The position numbers and the translations under genes were made by a program. Positions 23,884 to 32,939 of a stretch of 63,295 nt of DNA are shown one piece after another (position 1 is the stretch's first letter; the number at the start of each line of letters is the position of its first letter). The stretch is from Saprolegnia diclina VS20. Lineage: Eukaryota. Location of the stretch: positions 132,812 through 196,106 of the forward strand of contig NW_008246094.1 in assembly GCF_000281045.1 (NCBI RefSeq), given 5' to 3'. A model generated the notes under the pieces. That model was not told where the DNA came from and did no database searches. It saw only the letters and a list, made by a program, of their open reading frames with translations.

Positions 23884-25323
23884 CGTCTTGTCCTTCCTGC
23901 GGCTGCGGCAAATTGGATTGTGACCAAGATCTCTGGAAGATCTTCCGTCGAAGTTGGTGCCCACGTCAATATCTGGAGCAATGTATGCGAGGCCGTGGCA
24001 GCTGCAACTTCGATTTTATCATACAAAACACAAGCTCACAATGTTGATGGTCGAAGTAGACGATCGACCGCGCCGATTGGCTGATACTTTACGGTTCAGG
24101 TTTCGAAACCGTCCCAGTCAAGATGCGGGTGCATAAAAAGGGGCTTTGCCGCGCGCGACGCTTTAATAACAAGGACACTAAGGAGCCCCCAAGATATAGC
24201 ATTCCTCGCCCTCGAATAGATCGGAGCGTTGTGACGTCACGTGATCCAACTAGCAGTTGTACTGGTTGGTTGGGTCCATATTGAGACGAAAATGAGAAAG
24301 ATTGCCTGATATAGGACGATAGAGAAAAGTGCCATGAAGGGCAAACTGAATGAGTAGAGTGGGATCATGGCGGGGGAGGTGCTTGAAGCGGCCAAAGTGG
24401 TCCGGAAAATTCCTATGATCAATGGCCGGTCACATGGGTACCTCTTGCTTCGACGAGCTAAATGACGCTACGACGAAGCAGACCGAAGCCGTGAGAGATT
24501 TCCGAGTGGCCATCACCACTGGGACACGTCAATCGAGTCAATTGGGCTCGCTTGACGCGTGCACCTGGGTGGATTGTCCACAGGAAACTTTCTACGGCAC
24601 CGAGCACATCCTGCTGCATTTGTAAGCACTTGCTGTGGAATGGCTGGCGAATGGATGGCTCATGGACCGCGATTGCAAATGCATGGTGTTTCAGCGTTCT
24701 TTATGGTCGTGGGGACACCGCCGACGTGTTCGCGTGGTCGACGTTGCGACTGCGATACGCAACGACGAGCTTCGTACACGAACACGATGACGAAGCTGCT
24801 GTGCGTGCGGTTCGTACATGTACTACGCGCAATGTCGCTCCAGAGGACCTGTGTACAACTAAATCGTGCAAATATTGGTCCGTCCTGGCCGTCGTTCTAC
24901 TGTCGCATCATCATCATCGTCCCAGCTGAGTTTGCTGCTCGCGGGATGCACGCTTCTCAGAACGCTGGGGTCCATCGATGCTACTCGTATACCGGCGCCT
25001 GTATGTGCCTCGTCGCTCTCTCTATTATCGTTGATGGCGACGTAGAGCAGTCAGAGGCACTGAGTCAGAGGACGAACGGTGCGGTCGGATCGGTATGTGG
25101 GTACGTGGCACGCCCATACGGCGCGGTATTATCCGGATGGTTCCGACCGGCGATCTTTGGTTCTCTAAAGTGCGAGTCGCGTTTCAAGTGCGCTTTGTAT
25201 TTCATCCAATCACAACGTACTTGCATTTTGTCCAATGAGCGCCCATCTAATTTGATTGGATAGCTGATTGGGCTGGAGCATCGCGGCTCAAATTTATCAT
25301 CTTCAAGATCTGCCGCGGCCAAG

Positions 25324-26123
25324 ATGGAGGAGAGCAAGCTCGTGGCCCTGCATGACATGCTCCAGCGCCTGCGCCCCAAGGGCAAGTCCGTACGTCCTCC
25401 TTAACCCTCCTAGTGCCTGCCACACCCACTCACGACGCGGCGAAATAGGGCGGTCTCGGCTCGGGCGGTAGCTTTGGCTTGAAGTCGCACGGCCCGCGCG
25501 ACGATGGTCTGCCCAACAACGGTACCGACTTGGCACTGCCAGCGAATAGTACTGAGAAGCGCATAGGTCTCTACTCGATGTTTGTCCGCGAAGGCCATGG
25601 CGGCTACGCCCACAAGCACTTTGCGGAGGACAAGGAAGACAAGGACGACGAGTCGGACGCCGAGACGAAGAAGAAGGCCAAGAAGGAGAAGAAGGCCAAG
25701 AAGGAGAAGAAGNNNNNNNNNNNNNNNNNNNNNNNNNNNNNNNNNNNNNNNNNNNNNNNNNNNNNNNNNNNNNNNNNNNNNNNNNNNNNNNNNNNNNNNN
25801 NNNNNNNNNNNNNNNNNNNNNNNNNNNNNNNNNNNNNNNNNNNNNNNNNNNNNNNNNNNNNNNNNNNNNNNNNNNNNNNNNNNNNNNNNNNNNNNNNNNN
25901 NNNNNNNNNNNNNNNNNNNNNNNNNNNNNNNNNNNNNNNNNNNNNNNNNNNNNNNNNNNNNNNNNNNNNNNNNNNNNNNNNNNNNNNNNNNNNNNNNNNN
26001 NNNNNNNNNNNNNNNNNNNNNNNNAAGAAGGCCAAGAAGGCCAAGGTCGAAGAGACGGTCGAAGACGAAGAAGAAGAGGTTGTCAAGCCCAAGAAGGCCA
26101 AGAAGGCCAAGAAGAGTGCATAG
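25324..26123 (+). CDS. Small lysine-rich, probably nucleolar protein; spans an assembly gap
   Basis: Spliced MEESKLVALHDMLQRLRPKGK..GGLGSGG..GLYSMFVR followed by KKAKKEKK repeats on both sides of the N gap. Confidence 0.6.
25713..26024. other. Assembly gap inside the KKAK/KKEK-coding tandem repeat
   Basis: Run of N flanked by AAGAAGGCC/AAGAAGGAG repeats. Confidence 0.95.
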
Positions 26124-26543
26124 AATATACCGAAACGGATGACTTCAAATAGACAAATTGATATATTGATATATATTATGCGCAGCATCCCATGGCGGCA
26201 TCCTAGCGACTACTCGTAACTTGCACATCGTCCAAGTCCGAACGGTCTATACTGTCTGTCAGCCTCCGATCCCAGCGCCGTGGCGGTGCTTTGGCGCCAT
26301 CTTGTCCCACGTGCTTTCGCAAAGTCCATATATATCGGAGCCCAAGTCCATCTCTGTGCGCCTCTTTGTTCCTCCAGTCTACTACCGGTATCGCAACGCA
26401 TCTGGGTTCCTACCTTGGCCGCAACACGCTACGCAAATTTCTTCCTGCTTCCTCAACCGCCACACTTGCCCCATAGCGCGACCGCATACGCTCGTCTAAT
26501 CCTGAGACTACAAGAAAGTAATACTTTTCCATATTGCTCGCAG

Positions 26544-28580
26544 TTAATGCAGTCCGAGACGCTCGTCCATGCCCAGCGCCAAGTTGATGTTCTGCATCGC
26601 TTGGCTTGCGGCGCCCTTGAGAAGATTATCGATCGTCACCACGAGCGCGACGCGCTTGTGCAGGCGGTCGACGCTAAAGCCGCCGATGGTCGCGTGGTGC
26701 TGACACGCGTTCGTCTTGACCTGCGGCACGCCTTGCGACTGCACGTGCACGAGCGGCTCGTTGGCGTAAAACGACTCGTACAGCGCCGCGACGGCCTCGT
26801 CCGACAAGTCTTGGGTCAACTGCAGCGACAGTGTGAGGTGGATGCCCTGAAACCACGGCGCGACGTGGGGCATGAACGCGACGCGCGTCCCGAGCTGGTG
26901 GCTCACTTCCTTCTCGTGGATGTGCTCGACGCTCTTGTACGCAAGCAAGTTGTCGTGCAGCACCGTCTCGTCGTTGTTGGGCGAGAGCCCTGTGCCGGCA
27001 CCGCTATAGCCCGAGACACCAAACACATGCGGTGGCACGGCCGCATCGAGGTACGGCAAAAGCGGAAGCACGCCGAGCTGCGCGCCGGTAGCGTAGCAGC
27101 CCGGGTTGGAGATGCGGGTCGCGCCAATGAGCTTGTCGCGCGTGCCCGGCGTCTCGGGCAGGCCGTAGACCCAGGAACTGTTGAAGCGCTGGTCGGCGCT
27201 GAGGTCGATCACCACTTGGTTGGGTTCGTTGAGCGCGTCGAGGGCGGTCGCGTACTGCTGGCACATGCCGTTGGGCAGCGCGAGGACCCACACGTCGACA
27301 TCCCGCGCGATCGGGGACGTCGCCAAGTCCTTGTCGTCAAGCGACGAAAATGCGAGCTCGGGGTTGAGCCGCAGTGGCGTGTGGTAGACGCCGGTCGCCG
27401 GGCGGTTCGTGTGCGGGTTGAGCGGCGGCGCGGTTGCGAGATCCAACACCTTTTGGCCCACAAGTGCGCGCGAGCTTGCGACGACCAAGTCCAGTTCTGG
27501 GTGGCCGCCGAGGACGCGGATGAGTTCGCGGCCAACGTAGCCGCGCGCGCCCATGAGCCCGACCTTCTTCTTGCCGCTGGAAAAGTGCAACGGCGCGTCG
27601 ACGTCATGGCCGCCACGGATGCAAACGGTGCCGGCCGAATGCCCCGACACGATTTCGTTGGCGAGCGCGGCCGCCGACGTGAGCACGACCGACGACGTCG
27701 ATGGTAGCGCCTGCAAGAGCGTGTTGATCTCGTTGAGCTTGAGCAAGGTGCCTTGGCGCCCCGTGTAGTCGCGCGCCGCCATACTCGCATAGTCCTTGCT
27801 CATGTCCAGCTTTGGCAACTTGACGCCGTCTTCGAGCCAGCCGCCCTTGGCGTTGATGAAGATCGTCTTGTGCGGCTGGAGCGTGATCGCGAGCTCGCGC
27901 GCCGCGACGTCGGCGTTGATGTTGAGCAGCTGCCCGTCCTTGGACTCGCCAAGGCAGGAAAGGACCGGGATCTGACCCGCGTCGAGCGCCGACCGCACGG
28001 CGTCGCCGTGGATCGTGTCCACCTCGCCCACGTAGCCAAAGACATCGAGGTCCCGCACCGCGGCTTCAAAGACTCCGCTTGTGATGGGCCGCGCCGGCAC
28101 GCCCGCGGCCGAAAGCGCGTTAACGAGCTTGCGGTTGGCAGCGAGAAAGACCTTTTTCGCGATCCCGAGCGTCGTCTTGTCCGTGTACCGGTTGCCTTGG
28201 ACGTAGCGCGGCTCGACGCCGGCCTTTTCGAGCTCGTCGTTCATCTGCGGGCCCGCGCCGTGGACGAGGATCGGGAAGAGCCCCGCCTCTTTGAGAAAGG
28301 TGAGCGACGCGACGAGCGTGTCCATCTCGTTCTCGAGCACTTCGCCGCCAATCTTGATGACGGTCGTTCGGCGCACGCCCGGTGTGCCATACGTCGCCTT
28401 GTACTCGGCCACGTCGGCGTCCGACGAGACAATCGAGAGCAGCTTGCGGATGACGTTGGTGCTGGCCGGCGTCGGGGGCACGGGCGCCGTCGCGAGGCCA
28501 CGGAGCCCAGTGTGGCGCAGGCCCCAGCGGGTCTGCTTGGCGGCCTTGGCAGCGCGGAAGAGGAAGCGGGGCGTCAGCAT
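26544..28580 (-). CDS. Bifunctional acetylglutamate kinase / N-acetyl-gamma-glutamyl-phosphate reductase (Arg5,6-like), mitochondrial, intronless
   Basis: VIKIGGE, LVHGAGPQ and LNINADVAARELA (NAGK); GARGYVG, DLSADQRF, ISNPGCYATG, GVSGYSGAG and DNLLKGAASQAMQN (ArgC). Arg-rich presequence MLTPRFLFRAAK..LRGLAT. Confidence 0.95.
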   Translation of the reverse strand: MLTPRFLFRAAKAAKQTRWGLRHTGLRGLATAPVPPTPASTNVIRKLLSIVSSDADVAEYKATYGTPGVRRTTVIKIGGEVLENEMDTLVASLTFLKEAGLFPILVHGAGPQMNDELEKAGVEPRYVQGNRYTDKTTLGIAKKVFLAANRKLVNALSAAGVPARPITSGVFEAAVRDLDVFGYVGEVDTIHGDAVRSALDAGQIPVLSCLGESKDGQLLNINADVAARELAITLQPHKTIFINAKGGWLEDGVKLPKLDMSKDYASMAARDYTGRQGTLLKLNEINTLLQALPSTSSVVLTSAAALANEIVSGHSAGTVCIRGGHDVDAPLHFSSGKKKVGLMGARGYVGRELIRVLGGHPELDLVVASSRALVGQKVLDLATAPPLNPHTNRPATGVYHTPLRLNPELAFSSLDDKDLATSPIARDVDVWVLALPNGMCQQYATALDALNEPNQVVIDLSADQRFNSSWVYGLPETPGTRDKLIGATRISNPGCYATGAQLGVLPLLPYLDAAVPPHVFGVSGYSGAGTGLSPNNDETVLHDNLLAYKSVEHIHEKEVSHQLGTRVAFMPHVAPWFQGIHLTLSLQLTQDLSDEAVAALYESFYANEPLVHVQSQGVPQVKTNACQHHATIGGFSVDRLHKRVALVVTIDNLLKGAASQAMQNINLALGMDERLGLH

Positions 28581-29264
28581 GCGGCCAAGGTGCTCAAAAG
28601 CCAAATAGGTCCCGAGGATCTGGCGGCTGCTTCAAGTGCACTTTGGATCGCAGGCGCACTTAACGGAAATGTCATCTTTTTAGCCAATCCACGTCGAGGG
28701 CTGTGCACCATAAGAATGCCAGGCGCACGCACTCGACGACGCGCCAAGACAGATGGTGCTGCCACGTCGGAAGGGCCATCCTCGCTTTATCCTCGGTTGG
28801 TGACGACGTGCTGGAGAGTCCCAAGCGCACGACAAGCAGCGCAACAGTATGTTTGTTCTTTAGCATTCCTCTGGCACAAGTCCAAGCGACTGACTTCCTC
28901 CATTCACAAAGTCACCGTCGACCGTAAGCGACGCCCGGCGTGAGCCACCGAAGCACACACAAGGACTCGCCCGAGCCGGAACGAGTGGAATGCGATGGCA
29001 GCTGCAAGTATGTCGAAGCGTTGCCTTGTACCTGGCTTTTCTCACGCCGCCACTTGCCTGCATGAATCGAAGCTAACGTTAGTAGGCTCGATGGCGCCAT
29101 ATCTGTGGCCTACGAGTTCACGTGGCAAAGCTACACCAGTTTCGCAGGCGAACCGGAGGCTACCTGCACGCTCCAATAATGGAACCGCAGCTACAAAGCG
29201 CGCGGCAGGCTTGCTGACATTGATAGTACATGGACTAGAAAAGACGTACTAGTAGAGGAGTGTA

Positions 29265-29909
29265 TTAGACAAAAGCAACGAGCCACGCTTGGTCGGGCGT
29301 CGGTCCGTTGACGGTGTCGTAGGCTGAGCTCACAATGTACGGGATCGCGTTGTCGGTCGACCCCAAGTACGGCGTTGGCTGCGGCGCGAATCCCTCAAAG
29401 TCGAGGAGGGTCACAATCTCTGGGGCAAGCGCAACGCACGTAAAGACGGCCGCGGGGTCCGACGCGTCGGTCGTCGACTGGAGCGTCCGATAAAAGAAGT
29501 TTGTGCTGTCCGTGTTGGGGCGAACGTAGCGTGTGGCATCCAGCTTTAGGCCAAAGGACCCGTCGAGGTGCGCCGACGCGGTGAGCACCGCCGCTGTCCA
29601 TGTTGTCGTGAGGTACGTCTCGGAAAAACCAAAGTAGCCGTGCGAGCGCGACAGCAGCGTAAACTTGGCGCCTGACGCGATGGCGTCGCATACCGTTGGC
29701 GCGTCGGTGGGTGCGGGGGTCGGCGCTTTGGTTGGGGCGGGCGTCGGTGCATCGGTGGGAGCAGGCGTCGGTGCTTCCGTCGGGGCGGTCGTCAGTGCCA
29801 CCACGGGGAGGTGCGTCGGGCTCGTCGTCGCCGTGGTGCGCAGGCGAGCTTCGAGCGTCCATGCAAGTGTCGAGAGAAGCGCCGCCATGATCATTCCCGT
29901 CAGCTTCAT
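29265..29909 (-). CDS. Secreted protein with a Pro/Thr-rich repeat linker and a C-terminal beta-rich (possibly fascin/beta-trefoil-like) domain
   Basis: Signal peptide MKLTGMIMAALLSTLAWTLEA; (APTxAPTP)n; INR+FPR element CCTCACATTTCATTTTGC at 29929-29946. Confidence 0.75.
   Translation of the reverse strand: MKLTGMIMAALLSTLAWTLEARLRTTATTSPTHLPVVALTTAPTEAPTPAPTDAPTPAPTKAPTPAPTDAPTVCDAIASGAKFTLLSRSHGYFGFSETYLTTTWTAAVLTASAHLDGSFGLKLDATRYVRPNTDSTNFFYRTLQSTTDASDPAAVFTCVALAPEIVTLLDFEGFAPQPTPYLGSTDNAIPYIVSSAYDTVNGPTPDQAWLVAFV
29694..29790 (-). repeat. Coding PT repeats (APTEAPTPAPTDAPTPAPTKAPTPAPTDAPT)
   Basis: About 8 imperfect 12-nt units. Confidence 0.85.
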
Positions 29910-30297
29910 CCTCTCGGTGTCGTGGATCGCAAAATGAAATGTGAGGTTCAGTGAGACGAGTGATTCTACACAGCTTTGCTCGATCTCATTGTCTTTACCA
30001 AGATCGCTTTTCCCAAACGTTTGAGATATTTCAACAATGTACTTTGGTCCTACAGAAGAGCAAGCCGAGCCTCCGCGCCTGTGCACCCACCGCCCGGTGA
30101 ACGCATGAAGACGAAGGCATCTCTACGCGAAGTCTATGTCCTGAACTTAACGCGAGACACGTTCCTAAATATATATGTACTTTCCCCCTGGTCTATACTC
30201 ACTGCATAACTGCATTCCAACACATATGTAACATTGGAAGCAATTCGATAGGAGTAGAGTCTAACTCTTCCTAAGCTTGTTCAGTCTAAACCACTAG

Positions 30298-32827
30298 CTA
30301 CGATTTCAAGTGCGGTAGACTCGTCGAGGGCCGAAGACTGCTAGACGGACTCCCGAGCAACTTCATCTTGGCTTTTTGTGAATGTAGCGCGCGCTGCTTG
30401 GCCAGCACAAAAGCGCGATCGCTGCTCTCAGCACCATCCTCCAGAACTCGCTCGTCGCTCTGTATGCGCGGTGAGGCGTGTGGCAGCGTGTGCTGGGCGT
30501 GAAGCGTCCAGCTGTGGTGCACGAGGCGCCAGAATCGCTCGAGCGAATCGTCGATCGCGGTAGCAAAGACATCGCGCTGGCCGCTGCAGTTGGCTCGCAC
30601 CTCGTCCAGACCCACGCGCTTGGCCGCGAAAAGCTCGGGCTTGGTCTTGCGCAGCCCGCGCGCCGGGACAGGCGCCGACAGCACAATGGACGCGGCTGTC
30701 GGTCCTTGAGTCGTCGAGGGTACTTTGAGCAGCGACGTGATCGCACTCACGTCCACGGACGATACGGTCACGTCGCACGGCAGCTGCGTCGCGAGCGGCT
30801 CGGGTGAATGGGACGATACAAACCGATACTACGCAGGCATTGAATCCCGAGGAGTCGACTGCTAGCGACAAACTTGCAAGATGAATTCGGGAAGGACGCA
30901 GGACGCGTCATGCACGACGTACTCGTCCTAGTGCTCATCTTTCTGCATTCGAACCCGCGAAAATACTGATAGATTGATACCTCGGAGTCGAGGTACTCGG
31001 TGCAAGACTCGTCGAGGACCACGCGACAGAGCGCCAAGTAGCGGAGCTCGCCACTCGTAGATGACGTCATTGCGTCGGCCTTGTGCTCAAGGAGCGTGCT
31101 GTAGCGCGAGAACCGCTTTGGCAACTAGAGGCACTCACTCCTCTGTTCCCATCACAGGAGTTACCTCGATGGTCGGCGCCGACGTCGCGAGATGGCGGGC
31201 GTACGTGTGTCGCTGACCTCGGATCGAGTACCAGCTGTCCTTAAAGATTATCGTATTCTTCTCCTCGTCGCTAGTCAAGCCTAGCGCCACGCAGCGCGGC
31301 AGCGAGGCGGCTGGGAGCGAGCAGAAGAGGCCTTTGATCTTGTGCCCGCCAAGGCGTGCGCGGGCCTGGAAGCGCGCAAGCAGCGGGAGATGCTCCATCT
31401 TGTACACGTGCTGCACCTGCATCTCTACACGAGATGACCCACTTGGTTCTTATCCGATACGCGGTGTGAGCGTACCCGAGCCCCAGCCTTTGCGGACGTT
31501 TTCAATCGCAGCCCGGCGACACCGGAGGCCCTGGGCGTTCGTCTCTTCGAGCCGACGGAGCGTCACGTCTCCTCCTGTCTCGCTCTCGAGGTACACGGCA
31601 AACGTACTACATTGGCATATCCGTCAACCCTGGAATCATGATTGAAAGGGCAACCTCAAGTGCAAAGTGGCCTTGGCCGCCAACGCAGCGTCGTCGCTTA
31701 CTTGGACCTGGTCACGCAGCCACTGCTGCACGTAACGCAGCTCCGTCTCGATCGTCGCGTAGTAGCGGAGCACGAGCGTCATTAGCACGTGGTCGAGCAC
31801 GCGGTGCAGGCCGTGGTATGCATCAATATACGGCTGCGGGAGCAGGCGCAGCCGGTCGACGACGGGGGCCACGCCCTGCAGACGCCTTTTCTGGAGCGCG
31901 AGCGACTCGAGGCGGGCATCGGCCTTGCGCTAGTTTGCACTACCATGAGCAATGGTCCGTGGATCGCGTCGATAGTACACGATGGAGTTGACGCAAGGCG
32001 GCGAGGCGAGTGCGCTGCGCCGCGAGGTGCGCGCGGTGCCGGTCGTCGGCGCCGTTCAAGAGCGCGACCATCGACGGCTCCATGCCGCCAAGCAGCGTTG
32101 CCTCTGCATTCTGCTGCATTCGCGCAAAGATGAGCTCGCCGCTGGTCGCCTGCATGCGCCGCTTCAAAGAATCGAATCTTGCGCCCATCGTATTCGAAAC
32201 ACTGTTTTATACAGTGGATGAGAGCATACAGTGCCTTCACGTACAGGGATACACTGCCGGTGCTTCCTGCACTATGGGGCTTATGAACCATGCTTGTGAC
32301 ACCTACCGCTTCTTGCGCCCCAAAGCTGCGCCTTGCGGTCAGTGATACAGATATTGGACCAACCGAATCACCGCCGGCCGAACCAAGACGGGTGCACCCC
32401 TGACAAGTCAGCCAAGGTTTGCTTGTAGCAACCGCAAGCCCGAGATCTGCACAACTCTGTCCAGCTCTGTATGTCAACGACTTTCAGATTCCACTCGAAG
32501 CCCAATTACTCGAGTGTCGAGAGTCCGACCGAGCTCAAATGGCTGCCCACGTCCATGAGCAGCGACGATGCGAGGTCCACCTCGCCCTCGGCGTCGTGTC
32601 GCGAATGCTCGTAGCTTCGCAGCGCCGTGCGTGTCGCCAGATTCCGACGTAGCAGTCGCAGCTGCGCCTTCTCCATCGCTTGGGCGAGGACGGATGGCGT
32701 TATTTTGGGTGGCGTCGCCGCGTACACCTCATCCAGGGGGCCGCGTGTCCAGCCTACTCGCCAGCGTTATACCATACTTCACAAACATTTATGTACGTGG
32801 CGACCGACGCCGAGGGCTGGAACTCAT
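30298..32827 (-). CDS. Multi-exon protein with an N-terminal helical/coiled-coil region and a degenerate PARP/ADP-ribosyltransferase-like domain
   Basis: Spliced segments VQHVYKMEHLPLLARF, KGLFCS, RFSRYS, RYLALCRVV and DEYVVHDASCVLPEFILQY occur in the order of the PARP catalytic fold. Exon boundaries are partly uncertain. Confidence 0.55.
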
Positions 32828-32939
32828 GGGTGTTCTACGCTGCTTGGCCAAGCGCTGGGCCGCCACTTTGGTTAAAATTGCATCAACACGCGCACGGCTC
32901 GCCTCTTGACGCGCCTTGGAGATCGATTTGGGCTCGACC

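Noticed and set aside
23966..24022. Arginine attenuator peptide-like uORF ([18 protein letters not shown]) upstream of CPS
   Set aside because: No similarity to the fungal AAP (DY..DH.W). An INR+FPR-like element (GGTCACAATCCAATTTGC, about 23908-23925) suggests the TSS is downstream of it.
29830..29855. RxLR effector motif after the signal peptide (EARLR)
   Set aside because: It is A-R-L-R, not R-x-L-R, and there is no dEER.
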